In this document: piece after piece, positions 48,121-57,543 of the stretch
Layout of the letters: each line of letters begins with the position of its first letter
How positions within the stretch are numbered: the first letter of the stretch is position 1
NCBI GenBank assembly: GCA_964487335.1
Contig: CAZAPT010000003.1
Span: 75,509-139,508 of the forward strand
DNA from: an uncultured Dehalococcoidia bacterium
GTDB taxonomy: Bacteria > Chloroflexota > Dehalococcoidia > DSTF01 > JACRBR01
Length of the DNA stretch: 64,000 nt
Direction of reading: 5' to 3'
Position numbers and translations under genes: made by a program
The notes under the pieces: generated by a model
What the model was told of the DNA's origin: nothing
Seen by the model: only the letters and a program-made list of their open reading frames with translations
Databases searched by the model: none

Positions 48121-49005
48121 ATGACCACCCGCTTCCCCGACTGGGTCGAGCCCATGGCGGCCACGCTGACCCGCGAGCGCGTCGAGTCGCCCGACTGGGT
48201 CTTCGAGCGCAAGTACGACGGCATTCGCCTGCTCGCCTTCATGCACGGCCGCGACGTCCGCCTGCTCTCTCGCAACCGCCTGCTGCAAAACGCCGCGTAT
48301 CCGCAGGTCGTCGATGCCGTCGCCGCACTCCCGGTCCGCGAGGTGATCCTCGATGGCGAAGCGACGGGCGTCTGGGGCAAGCACGACGGCGTCGTCGCCT
48401 ACAACGTCTTCGACATCCTCTGGCTCGACGGTCGCGATATGACGCGGCTCCCGCTCGACGAACGCCGCGACGTGCTCGAGAAGTTGCCCCTCCGCGCGCC
48501 GCTGGTGCTCGTCCAGCGGCTCCGCGGATCGGCCCCGTGGGAGCGCGCCTGCCGCGACGGCTGGGAGGGCGTGATCGCCAAGCGCCGCGACGCGCCGTAC
48601 GAGCATCGCCGCTCGCCGCTCTGGCTGAAGATGAAATGCGAGGCGACGCAGGAACTCGTCGTCGGCGGCTTCACCGATCCGCAGGGCGGACGCGTTGGCC
48701 TCGGCTCCTTGCTCGTCGGCTACTACGAGGGCAACGACTTCGTCTTCGCCGGCAAGGTCGGCACCGGCTTCGACTGGAGCCTGTTACGAGACCTCCGCTC
48801 CCGCCTCGACGCGCTCGAGATCCCGCAGCCTCCCTTCACCAGGGCCACGAACCTGCCGAAGCGCGCCCACTGGGTTCGACCAGAGATCGTCGTGCAGACC
48901 GCCTTCACCGAATGGACCGTCCACGGCAAGCTGCGCCATCCACGCTTCGTCGGTGTTCGCATCGACAAGTCCGCCCGCGAAGTGGTCCGCGAGGAACCCA
49001 AGTGA
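48121..49005 (+). CDS. ATP-dependent DNA ligase (LigD/LigC-type ligase domain only)
   Basis: KxDGxR adenylation motif (ERKYDGIR) plus the nucleotidyltransferase and OB-fold region. ATG start. Confidence 0.8.
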   Translation: MTTRFPDWVEPMAATLTRERVESPDWVFERKYDGIRLLAFMHGRDVRLLSRNRLLQNAAYPQVVDAVAALPVREVILDGEATGVWGKHDGVVAYNVFDILWLDGRDMTRLPLDERRDVLEKLPLRAPLVLVQRLRGSAPWERACRDGWEGVIAKRRDAPYEHRRSPLWLKMKCEATQELVVGGFTDPQGGRVGLGSLLVGYYEGNDFVFAGKVGTGFDWSLLRDLRSRLDALEIPQPPFTRATNLPKRAHWVRPEIVVQTAFTEWTVHGKLRHPRFVGVRIDKSAREVVREEPK

Positions 49006-49079
49006 GCATCCCACGCGACTCCCTCCCAACCCACCGACGCGTAGTCCGTGAGCAGGTGTTCCCGTATCCTTCGAACCAC

Positions 49080-50105
49080 ATGACGCTCGAATCCATCCAC
49101 ACAGAACCAGAGCTGACAGCTCCCGTATCGCTCTGCACACCAGTCGGCCATCTGAACCGTGACGCCGTCGGCTGGTCGCGCCACCCCCTCCACCGATGCA
49201 ACCTTCCGCCGTCGCTCGCCCGCAAGAAGAAATGGAACTACTGGGCAGTCGACGACGGTAACCTCCTCTTCTCCGCCACCATTGCTGACATAGACCGTCT
49301 CCAGCTCGCCGGCGCCTACGTCTTCGATCGCCACAGCCACCGTCATATCGACAAGTCCGCCGTCGTGGCCCCGAATACGAGTCAGATGCCCGAAGCCATC
49401 GCCGGTGACATCGCGATCGAGCACCCCGACCTTCACGTCGCTCTCATGGACGAAGGCGCCGGCACGCGCATCCGCGTGACAGCGAACGATTTCGGCGGCG
49501 CGCCGCTGGAGGCGGACATCGTCATCGAGCGTCCTGCCGGTCACGAAACGCTAAACGTTGTAATCCCTTGGAGCGACGAAGAGTTCCAGTTCACGTCGAA
49601 GCAGAACACGCTGCCCGCGTCAGGCTTCGTCCGCCTCGGCGACGAGCAGATCGATTTCGCCTCGCCGAGCTTCGGTTGCCTCGACTACGGTCGCGGCGTC
49701 TGGCCCGAATGCACGAAGTGGAACTGGGGCGCCGCGTCTGGGGTACAGCACGGGCGCATCGTCGGCCTCAACCTCGGCGGCCAGTGGACCGATGGCACCG
49801 GCATGACCGAGAACGGCATCTGCGTCGATGGCCGCCTGACGAAGATCGGCGAAGACCTCTCCTTCGACTACGACCGCGCCGCCCTCATGAAGCCATGGCG
49901 CATCGACGCGGCGTCGAGCGATCGCGTTGACCTGCGCTTCGACCCGGAGTTCGAGCGCGTTTCCGAGAGTGGCAACGCGAAGTTCTACATGAACGTCCAC
50001 CAGATGTTCGGTACGTACTCGGGCCATGTCACGCCCGACCGGGGCGATCCCATCGAGCTCCGCGATCTCTTTGGCTGGGTCGAAGATCAGGAAGCTCGCT
50101 GGTGA
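49080..50105 (+). CDS. conserved hypothetical protein (possibly DUF2804 family)
   Basis: 341-aa ORF with an ATG start and a Trp-rich conserved-looking core. The family name is from memory and is low-confidence. Confidence 0.5.
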   Translation: MTLESIHTEPELTAPVSLCTPVGHLNRDAVGWSRHPLHRCNLPPSLARKKKWNYWAVDDGNLLFSATIADIDRLQLAGAYVFDRHSHRHIDKSAVVAPNTSQMPEAIAGDIAIEHPDLHVALMDEGAGTRIRVTANDFGGAPLEADIVIERPAGHETLNVVIPWSDEEFQFTSKQNTLPASGFVRLGDEQIDFASPSFGCLDYGRGVWPECTKWNWGAASGVQHGRIVGLNLGGQWTDGTGMTENGICVDGRLTKIGEDLSFDYDRAALMKPWRIDAASSDRVDLRFDPEFERVSESGNAKFYMNVHQMFGTYSGHVTPDRGDPIELRDLFGWVEDQEARW

Positions 50106-50122
50106 CTAGAGCACACACATAG

Positions 50123-50542
50123 ATGCCCGTCGAACTCACGGACGAGATGACCCGCGCGATGGACAATGCGCTTGTCGAGCGCAGCCCTTGCCTCGTTGCC
50201 ACCGCATCTGCCGAAGGAGTACCGGACGTCTCCTATCGCGGGAGCGTGCTCGTGTTCGATGCGGAGCACCTCGCGTTCTGGGAGCGCGCGAAAGGCGAGA
50301 CGCTCGCGAATATCCGCGAGAATCCGTATGTCTGCGTCCTGTACCGCAACGCCGAGACGCGTGTGAACTGGCGGTTCTACGGCGAAGCGCAGATCCTCGA
50401 AGATGGCCCCGTCCGTGAGCAGATCATGGCGCGCGTGAACGCCTTCGAGTTGGCGCAGGATCCCGACCGCATCGGATTCGCCGTTCTGATCCGTGTTGAT
50501 CGCGTCCGTGCCCGCAACGACACCATCATGGCGCGCGACTAG
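50123..50542 (+). CDS. pyridoxamine 5'-phosphate oxidase-family (FMN/F420-binding split-barrel) protein
   Basis: Size and pattern (…PCLVATASAEGVPDVSYRGS…) are typical of PPOX-class split-barrel proteins. Confidence 0.7.
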   Translation: MPVELTDEMTRAMDNALVERSPCLVATASAEGVPDVSYRGSVLVFDAEHLAFWERAKGETLANIRENPYVCVLYRNAETRVNWRFYGEAQILEDGPVREQIMARVNAFELAQDPDRIGFAVLIRVDRVRARNDTIMARD

Positions 50543-50556
50543 CGTTCGCCCGCGCG

Positions 50557-51003
50557 TTACTTCCGTCGCACCAGGAACACCGGGATCACGCGTTTCGTCC
50601 GCTGCTGATACTCCGCGTACGGCGGAAACGCCTTCACCGCGCGGTCCCACCAGACCTGACGCTCGTCGCCCGACAGCTCGCGCACTACGACGCGGAATGG
50701 CTCCGGGCCGTCCTGAAACAGCACCTCGTCAGGGTTCGCCCTGAGGTTCCAGTACCAGACCGGATGCTTCGGCGCTCCGCCCACCGACGCCACGATCGCG
50801 TATTCGCCGTCGTGTTCGACCCGCATCAGCGGCGTCTTCCGCACCTTCCCGGTCGTCTTCCCCCGCGTCGTCACGATGATGATCGGCAGCCCTGTGTCCC
50901 GCAGGGTGTTCGCCTCGCGGCCGCCCGTGCGCTCGTACGTCTCGACCTGATCGCGCACCCAGCCCCACGGACTCGCCTCGTATTCGCCTTCAATCTTCGC
51001 CAT
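50557..51003 (-). CDS. deazaflavin (F420H2)-dependent nitroreductase-family oxidoreductase (Ddn/DUF385-like)
   Basis: The pattern …IIVTTRGKTTGKVRKTPLM…PVWYWNLRANP… is characteristic of the Ddn family. Confidence 0.75.
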   Translation of the reverse strand: MAKIEGEYEASPWGWVRDQVETYERTGGREANTLRDTGLPIIIVTTRGKTTGKVRKTPLMRVEHDGEYAIVASVGGAPKHPVWYWNLRANPDEVLFQDGPEPFRVVVRELSGDERQVWWDRAVKAFPPYAEYQQRTKRVIPVFLVRRK

Positions 51004-51012
51004 GACGCCTCC

Positions 51013-51133
51013 ACTTACTCCCGCGGCCGAACGCGAACACGATCTCCGCGGACCGTACCGCGGGCTTTCACCCGGCGAGTAGCTCCTCGAACCCTACTCC
51101 CGCGGACGCCCGAACCCGAACATGATCTGCGCG
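51013..51133. repeat. ~40-bp imperfect direct repeat duplicating the 3' end of the acyl-CoA dehydrogenase gene
   Basis: Copy A at 51013..51050 (cttactcccgcggccgaacgcgaacacgatctccgcgg) and copy B at 51093..51133 (cctactcccgcggacgcccgaacccgaacatgatctgcgcg). Copy B encodes the last residues of the ACAD gene; copy A is intergenic. Confidence 0.3.
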
Positions 51134-52344
51134 ATCCGCCGCATCTGGATCTCCTCCGATCCCTCCGTGATCCGGTACCGCCGGTGGTGCCGGTAGATGT
51201 GCTCGAACGGCATATGCCGCGTGTACCCGATGCCGCCGTGCACCTGGATCGCCCGGTCCGCCGCCTCGCACACGAGCCGGTTCGCGCGATAGTTGCACAT
51301 CGCCACCTTGTCGCTGATCGCCATGTGGTGCTTCTGGTCCAGCTCCCACGCCGTCTTCCGCACGAGCTGCCGCACCATCTCGCACTCCGTCTGAAGCTCG
51401 ACGAGCGGCCACTGGATCGCCTGCCGTGCCGCGAGCGGCTGCCCGAACGTCACGCGCTCGCGCGCGTACGCCACCGACTGGTTGACGCAGTACTGCGCCG
51501 CCCCGACTCCCGATGCCGCCTGCCGGATCCGGTTCTCGTGAGTGAAGGTGTTCGCAAGCGCCAGCCCGTCGCCCTCGCGTCCCAGCATCGCCGTTGCCGG
51601 CACGCGCACATCGGTCAGCGAAACCTCCGCATGGTCAGTCGGCATGTTGAACGTCCACCACATGAAGTCCACGGAGAACCCAGGGGTGCTTGTCGGGACG
51701 ATGAAGCAACTGATCCCCTCGGCTCGTCCTTCGTCTCCGGACGTCCGCGCGAAGATCAGGTCGTGGGTCGCGGCATGCATGCCGCTGTTGAACCGCTTCT
51801 GGCCATTGATGATCCACTCGTCGCCGTCGCGCGTCGCCTTCGTCTCGAGCCACGACGCGTCCGAGCCGTGGTTCGGCTCGGTCAGCCCGAACGCGACGCG
51901 AGTGCGCCCCGTGAACATCCCGTCCAGGAACTCCCTCTTCTGCTCCTCGCTGCCGTAGTTCTCCCACATCTTGATCGTCGGGAAGTTGCCGACGATCGAC
52001 GACTCGTTCTGAAGGTCGTTGTGCAGCCCCAGCCCCTTCGCCGCCAGGTGCTCGCGGATGATCGCCATCGCCAGGTTCGTGCCGTCCCGCCCGCCGTACT
52101 TCGCGGGGATGCCGTACCGCAGGTAGCCCGCACGGTCGGCGCGCAACCGCATCTCGCGGAGCAGCTCCTCCCAGTCCTTCCGCGGCACACCGCCGTTCTC
52201 GTAGTCCGTCCGCGCGTACTCGCGCCGGTGGTCGAAGAAGCGGATGTTGTCGTCCTGCTCTTCGAGCGGCTTGATCTCCGCCTCGATGAACGCATCGAGG
52301 TCATCGAGCACCTGCTGTATGTCCGCCGGAATATCGAAGTCCAT
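51094..52344 (-). CDS. acyl-CoA dehydrogenase
   Basis: ATG at 52344 with GGGGAG five nt upstream. ACAD motifs (FGLTEPNHGSDAS…). Confidence 0.85.
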   Translation of the reverse strand: MDFDIPADIQQVLDDLDAFIEAEIKPLEEQDDNIRFFDHRREYARTDYENGGVPRKDWEELLREMRLRADRAGYLRYGIPAKYGGRDGTNLAMAIIREHLAAKGLGLHNDLQNESSIVGNFPTIKMWENYGSEEQKREFLDGMFTGRTRVAFGLTEPNHGSDASWLETKATRDGDEWIINGQKRFNSGMHAATHDLIFARTSGDEGRAEGISCFIVPTSTPGFSVDFMWWTFNMPTDHAEVSLTDVRVPATAMLGREGDGLALANTFTHENRIRQAASGVGAAQYCVNQSVAYARERVTFGQPLAARQAIQWPLVELQTECEMVRQLVRKTAWELDQKHHMAISDKVAMCNYRANRLVCEAADRAIQVHGGIGYTRHMPFEHIYRHHRRYRITEGSEEIQMRRIAQIMFGFGRPRE

Positions 52345-52453
52345 GCCAAGCTCCCCTGCCACCTGAATGCCGCATGTCAGGCCTCAGGATCGGGTGTTGG
52401 CCGCACTCGCGAAAGGGGAGTCCCACAGGTTTCGCGCGAAGTCGCACCGTCCT

Positions 52454-53962
52454 CTATGATGCCGGGACCATCGACGCGGCACATTCGGCGCCGATCCGTG
52501 CGCTCTCACGCACAATCGCTTCGACGTCCTGCGCCCGCGTCCGGAAGTTCGTGACGCACGCCCGCAGCGCGCTTCGGCCGCCGCTGAGGCTGGCGTTCGA
52601 TATCATCGCGATCCCGCGGCGCTCCAGCTCGTCGATGACCCTGCTCTGCAGCGCCTCCAGCGCCTCTCCCTTGAGGCCCGGCGGCGTCACTCGCCAGCAC
52701 ACGATCGAGAGGCTTTGCGGCGCCGCCAGCTCCAGCGTCGGCGTCGCTTGGACGAGCTCCGCCATGTACTGCGCCAGCCGGATGTTGAAGTCGATCATCT
52801 CGGCGTACCCGTCCCGACCCAATGCTTGGAGAGCGAGCCATACCTTGAGCGCCCGGTTCGGCCGCGAGTTCTCGGGGGTCCGCTCCAGGAAGTCCACGTG
52901 CGCGCCGTTTGCCGCCGTCTCCAGGTAGGAGGCGTGGAACGCGAACGACCGCTCGAGCAGCCCCCGCTCCCGAACCAGCACGACGCCAGCATCGATCGCA
53001 GAGTAGAGCCACTTGTGCGGGTCGCACGCGACCGAGTCGGCCTCGGAGAGCGCCCGCAGCTCCGGCGGGCACGACGGCGTCGCCGCCGCAAACGCCCCGT
53101 ACGCCCCATCGACGTGCAGCCACAGCTGTTCCGCTCGCGCCACCTTGCCGAGCTCCGCGATCGGATCGATCGCGCCAGTACCGACAGTACCGGCCGTGGC
53201 GACGATCGCAATCGGCAGGTCGCCGCGTGCCCGGTCTTCCGCGATCATCTGCGTCAGCGCGTCCACGCGTATCCGGTACTGCTCGTCGACCGGCACGCTG
53301 CGCACAGCGTCCCGACCCATTCCGAGCAGCTCCGCCGCCTGCTCGTGGCAGTAGTGCAGCTCGCTGCTCGCATAGATCCGCACCTGCGGCGCGTTGCCCT
53401 CCGGCCCGCGCATGCCGAATCGCCGCGTGTCCCACGGCGCCTTCGTGTCGCGCAGCACCGCCTGCGTCACGATGTTCGCCATCTGCCCCCCGCTGACGAA
53501 CACCCCTTCGGTCGTCGCCGGCAGCCCCACCATGTCGGCGATCCAGCCTAGAGTCTGCACTTCGATCGCCGTCGCCGAAGGGGCGACGCGCCACAGCCCG
53601 GTGTTCTGGTTGATCGCCGCTGAAACGAGACTTCCAAGCACGGAAATCGGCGTCGGAGCTCCCATGATGTACGCCAGCCAGCGCGGATGCCCGTTGTATG
53701 CAGCCGCCGGGATGACATCTTCCTCGATGCGCCGCACCAGCTCGTCGAACGGCAACGGCGAAGCAGGGAGCGGACCCGAGAACAGCTCCGCGACCGCGTC
53801 CGTGTCCGCAGGCGAGGGATGTCGAACATCCCACCGCGTCGATGCGGCCGCGAGCACATCAAGAAGGCGCGCGCCCTTCACGCACCAGGCCTCCGCGTCC
53901 CAGTCGAACCCCTGCGGCGCTTGTTCGAGGCCGCGTCGCAGCTCTGCCAGACGCTCACTCAT
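52454..53962 (-). CDS. group II pyridoxal-phosphate-dependent decarboxylase (aromatic-amino-acid / 2,4-diaminobutyrate-decarboxylase-like)
   Basis: SGGQMANI motif, and a CDPHKW lysine in the PLP-binding loop. ATG at 53962 overlaps the upstream gene stop (ATGA). Confidence 0.8.
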   Translation of the reverse strand: MSERLAELRRGLEQAPQGFDWDAEAWCVKGARLLDVLAAASTRWDVRHPSPADTDAVAELFSGPLPASPLPFDELVRRIEEDVIPAAAYNGHPRWLAYIMGAPTPISVLGSLVSAAINQNTGLWRVAPSATAIEVQTLGWIADMVGLPATTEGVFVSGGQMANIVTQAVLRDTKAPWDTRRFGMRGPEGNAPQVRIYASSELHYCHEQAAELLGMGRDAVRSVPVDEQYRIRVDALTQMIAEDRARGDLPIAIVATAGTVGTGAIDPIAELGKVARAEQLWLHVDGAYGAFAAATPSCPPELRALSEADSVACDPHKWLYSAIDAGVVLVRERGLLERSFAFHASYLETAANGAHVDFLERTPENSRPNRALKVWLALQALGRDGYAEMIDFNIRLAQYMAELVQATPTLELAAPQSLSIVCWRVTPPGLKGEALEALQSRVIDELERRGIAMISNASLSGGRSALRACVTNFRTRAQDVEAIVRESARIGAECAASMVPAS

Positions 53963-54843
53963 GGCTGCCTCCGCTCTCTGACGCCCTCGAAGAGGTCTTC
54001 CTCCCGCTCGCTCGTCCGCACGAGGGAAAACACGCGGTGAAACGTCAACCGTCCCCAGAGCACCTTGTGGTACTCCTCCGGCAGATCGAGCAGCTTCTGG
54101 TACCCGGGAAGCTGCGATCGATGGCATCGGATCGCCTCCCAGACACGCTTCCAGTGCGCCGACGTATCGACCCACGCGGACACGGACCAGTGCGGCCACG
54201 TCACCGGCCGCCGCTCCGCTCCATCGATCAGCATCCGCAGCTCTCCGAACGCCTGCTCATACGCGTCGGCGACCTCCTGCGTCCATGCGAAGTAGTACAA
54301 CTTCGAGACGGCATGTGGTGCCAGCCCCGAGCCCTCACAGTAGGTCGAGTCGGCGGCGGCGACCACTGCGGACGTCGCCGCGCGTGTCACTGCGATGTGG
54401 TCGGGGTGACCGTAAATGCCGTTCTGGTCGAACGTCACTACTACATCGGGGCGGAGTCGTCGGATGTGGGCGACAAGCTGCCGCACCAACTCGCCCTGGT
54501 CGGCGTTCTCGACCTCGCCATCGACGTAATCGAGAAGGTTGACCTCGCGAATACCGAGGACCGCCGCCGCGTCGCGCAGTTCTCGCTCGCGGATCTGCCC
54601 GAGGGCCGTCAATCCGGGGTTATCGTCTGGCCTTCCGAACCACCCACGCTCGCCGCGGGTAGCAGTCACGAGATACGTCTCCAGCCCCTCCGACGCATAC
54701 CGCGCGATGATGCCTCCAAGCCCAAGTGACTCGTCGTCCGGATGCGCCAGGATGCACAACATGCGCAGCGGCGTCGAGCCTCGCGTCGAGTCCGCGATCG
54801 ACTGATACGATTCGTCTTCCGGTGGTACTGCTTGCCGCGCCAT
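53959..54843 (-). CDS. PIG-L/LmbE-family deacetylase (MshB/BshB/Mca-like)
   Basis: AHPDDE metal-binding motif and YGHPDH motif. Confidence 0.75.
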   Translation of the reverse strand: MARQAVPPEDESYQSIADSTRGSTPLRMLCILAHPDDESLGLGGIIARYASEGLETYLVTATRGERGWFGRPDDNPGLTALGQIRERELRDAAAVLGIREVNLLDYVDGEVENADQGELVRQLVAHIRRLRPDVVVTFDQNGIYGHPDHIAVTRAATSAVVAAADSTYCEGSGLAPHAVSKLYYFAWTQEVADAYEQAFGELRMLIDGAERRPVTWPHWSVSAWVDTSAHWKRVWEAIRCHRSQLPGYQKLLDLPEEYHKVLWGRLTFHRVFSLVRTSEREEDLFEGVRERRQP

Positions 54844-54861
54844 GACGAGCCTCTGTGCTGC

Positions 54862-56097
54862 CTACAGACCTTGGGGTTCCATGCCCAGCGCGATCGCGCC
54901 GATATAGGCGAACGCCAGGTTCGCGCCCAGCGGCTGCATGAACGCGCCGGCTCGCGCGTCGCGATACAGCCTCGAGAGCGGATGGGCATTCATGAACGCC
55001 CCTCCGCCAACGATCGTCATCGCGCGGTCGACGATACGCACCGCCGCCTGGTTGACGAATGCCTTTGCCGCCTGCCCCTCCGCAAACACGGCATGTGCCT
55101 CTTCGAGCGAGCCGTAGCCCGCCGGATGCAACAGGTAGTGCTCGTCGATGAGCCTCAGCGCACGGTCAAGGATGGCGCGAGCCGCACCCAGGTCGATGGC
55201 GTTCTCGGCGGCGAGATGAATCATAGTGCCACTTACGGAGGCATCGCCCTTCCGGGAACGTCGCTGAGCAACAGCCTCAACCGAAATGCGGTTCGCGTAC
55301 TCCGCGACGCCCATCGAGGCGGACGCATGCGCGGGACCGAAGGTCAGTGTCTGCTCCAGGTACTCCGCCGTATACACGCCGGCGAGGGCGCCGCGGCTTG
55401 GTGCGTTTGGAACACACGCGTCCTCGAATGTCACGGACACGCTGCCCGAAGCGCGCATGCCGAGCGCGTCCCAGTCGTCGTGCACCGTCACGCCGGGAGT
55501 GTTTCGGGGCACGAGCGCGTACCCGTAACGCTCTTCGCCATCTCCGCCGGTGTAATCCACGGCAACCGAGAAGTGGGTGGCGGCGGGCGCCAGGCTGCTG
55601 ATGATCTTACGGCCATTCAATGTCCAGCCGTTGTCGCCGCGGACCGCCGTGGTCTTCGGCCGGAGCAGGTTCTGGTCGGGCTCGCTCACCGCCGCACCTA
55701 CCACAGCATTGGCGCGCACGATCGCCCGCATCTGCGCGCCCGCGGCCGCGGCTCGCTTCCCGTCCTCGCGGTTGCACGCGATCTCGTGGATGCGCGCCAT
55801 CGACAGCACCGAGATGAGATGCATGTTGGTGCCTACGGTCAGCGAAGGATCGCCCTCCGCCAGCCGGCTCGCCGCCACGAAAACGTCCTGTACCGAGTCT
55901 ACGCCCAGGCCGCCGTACGCTTCCGGAATCGGCGAGTACAGATAGCCCGACAGCTTCAGCTCCGCCAGGTTCTCGAAAGGAAAGGAGCCGTCGGCGTCAT
56001 GCCGCGCAGCCCGCTCTGCGAAGTCGGCCGCGTGCTTTTCTGCCAGTGCTACGAGCTTGCCTCCGGCTTCAGTCTCTGCCTTCATTTGATGTGACAT
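54862..56097 (-). CDS. acyl-CoA-dehydrogenase-fold flavoenzyme (SfnB/DszC/N-oxygenase-like)
   Basis: ACAD fold throughout, but the sequence diverges from fatty-acyl ACADs. Lies immediately upstream of the deacetylase and decarboxylase genes on the same strand. Confidence 0.7.
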   Translation of the reverse strand: MSHQMKAETEAGGKLVALAEKHAADFAERAARHDADGSFPFENLAELKLSGYLYSPIPEAYGGLGVDSVQDVFVAASRLAEGDPSLTVGTNMHLISVLSMARIHEIACNREDGKRAAAAGAQMRAIVRANAVVGAAVSEPDQNLLRPKTTAVRGDNGWTLNGRKIISSLAPAATHFSVAVDYTGGDGEERYGYALVPRNTPGVTVHDDWDALGMRASGSVSVTFEDACVPNAPSRGALAGVYTAEYLEQTLTFGPAHASASMGVAEYANRISVEAVAQRRSRKGDASVSGTMIHLAAENAIDLGAARAILDRALRLIDEHYLLHPAGYGSLEEAHAVFAEGQAAKAFVNQAAVRIVDRAMTIVGGGAFMNAHPLSRLYRDARAGAFMQPLGANLAFAYIGAIALGMEPQGL

Positions 56098-56168
56098 CGG
56101 TTTTCTCCTTCACGATCTCGCGCACCTTCGGCAGCAGTGGGCCACTTCGCAGCTCGCGGTGCTCGGCG

Positions 56169-56414
56169 TCAAAAGCCGGCGCGTGGCCACGGGCACGACG
56201 TACTGAATCGGCCGAACTCGTCCCGGTAGATGTAGCCCGCGTCTTCGTGACGTCGGACCCACGCACCGCCGCGCCGAGGATCCTCGCCGAGTAGTGTGGC
56301 AATCTCGTCGCAACTCAGCGGACCAGCGTCGCCGATAACCGAGTAAATGCTGTCTGCCTGTGTTCGCGTCTTCATCAGAGTCTGCATCACTGACCTCCGG
56401 TTCTGGAACGGCAT
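56169..56414 (-). CDS. small hypothetical protein, possible winged-helix regulator
   Basis: 81-aa ORF with an ATG start. …GPLSCDEIATLLGED… resembles a helix-turn-helix recognition segment. Confidence 0.3.
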   Translation of the reverse strand: MPFQNRRSVMQTLMKTRTQADSIYSVIGDAGPLSCDEIATLLGEDPRRGGAWVRRHEDAGYIYRDEFGRFSTSCPWPRAGF

Positions 56415-56417
56415 TCA

Positions 56418-56630
56418 TCAACAATCGACACATGGGGGCGTTGGTCGCCGACCTAGCGTTGCGCTGAGCCGAATAGCCCGATGCGCAACAGCCGCGACGA
56501 ACCCGCGAACAGTCGTGCGCGGAGGGATGTTCGAATCGGTCCTCGTGACGTCGTACGTCCAGACGTGCTGCCGCGCGTCTCGCTCGAACTCTCTCAGCTT
56601 CTCGGTCAGGTACAGCTGCTGATCCCACAT
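56418..56630 (-). CDS. small hypothetical protein (70 aa)
   Basis: ATG-initiated ORF with reasonable codon usage, sitting between two better-supported genes. Confidence 0.2.
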   Translation of the reverse strand: MWDQQLYLTEKLREFERDARQHVWTYDVTRTDSNIPPRTTVRGFVAAVAHRAIRLSATLGRRPTPPCVDC

Positions 56631-56734
56631 GTCGGTCTCGCCTTCCGTTCCGTACCCCTCTGGCGTTCGGCTGTTGATGACGAAGCCGCCGGCAGGAGGA
56701 GGGGCGGCCACCCGCCGGCATGCGTCTTCGTCGA

Positions 56735-57235
56735 TCAGACCGCGCTCCCGACGGGAGTCACCGCGAGGCGGATGCTCGCAAGGTGCGCGCCCACGTGCGC
56801 GATCAAGACGGGGCCCTCGATGAGCTGCTCGGTGCTCACCGACGCGCCATCTGCGAGGCTCAGCTTGCCCGTGCGGTCGAGCTGCTCGTCGCTGAGCCCG
56901 CGGATGTACGCCGCGGTCGAGGCGGCGTTGGTCCGCAGCTCCTTCACGACCTCGCCCTGGGTTGCCGAGCGGTTCCGCTCCGCGCGGCCCTCGTTCTTGC
57001 TGTTGAGTTCGTCCCACGTCAGCTGCGGCATCGGTCGTGCCGCCGCTGAGGCGGTGATGAACTCCATCTCCAGCGGGATCTGCCCCGACACGTGCTGCGC
57101 GGTCTGTCCGACCGTCCAGCCCTCGTCATCGCAGATCGCTGCCCACTCGGCCGGAGTGAACTTCTCGACCGTCTCGGCGAACTCGGCTACTGCCGCTTCG
57201 AACCGCTGGGCTAACTCCTTCGCACGCTCACTCAT
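56735..57235 (-). CDS. DinB/MDMPI-like (mycothiol-dependent-enzyme N-terminal-domain) protein
   Basis: …DEGWTVGQTAQHVSG… matches the EGWTVRDLxAHL signature of DinB_2/MST-type proteins. AAGGAGGA six nt upstream of the ATG at 57235. Confidence 0.55.
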   Translation of the reverse strand: MSERAKELAQRFEAAVAEFAETVEKFTPAEWAAICDDEGWTVGQTAQHVSGQIPLEMEFITASAAARPMPQLTWDELNSKNEGRAERNRSATQGEVVKELRTNAASTAAYIRGLSDEQLDRTGKLSLADGASVSTEQLIEGPVLIAHVGAHLASIRLAVTPVGSAV

Positions 57236-57543
57236 CTTCCTGTCCTCCTTCATTTGAGTAGGCGTCTCGCCGATCTCGACGCCACACTTCGAGTCTGGCA
57301 GGCAGACGCCGCCTCCGAATCGTGGAGAGTACGGATATCAGCAGACAACGAGTACGGAGATCGCGATGCCCGCGAGCCGCGATCCCTCCGCTTGGGAATC
57401 GAAGTAGGCGCCCGGAGGCCATTACGAGCGCCACGATGAACGTCGGGGCTGAGGCAAAATCCCTTCGCGCGCGGTCGAAGTCCACGCGAGGTGACCGCTG
57501 CAGATAGGGATGCTTCGACGGGGATGCCATCCCCTCGCGTCGC

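Noticed and set aside
50764-52554. 596-aa plus-strand ORF
   Set aside because: It is antisense to the Ddn-like and ACAD genes and has no recognisable motifs.
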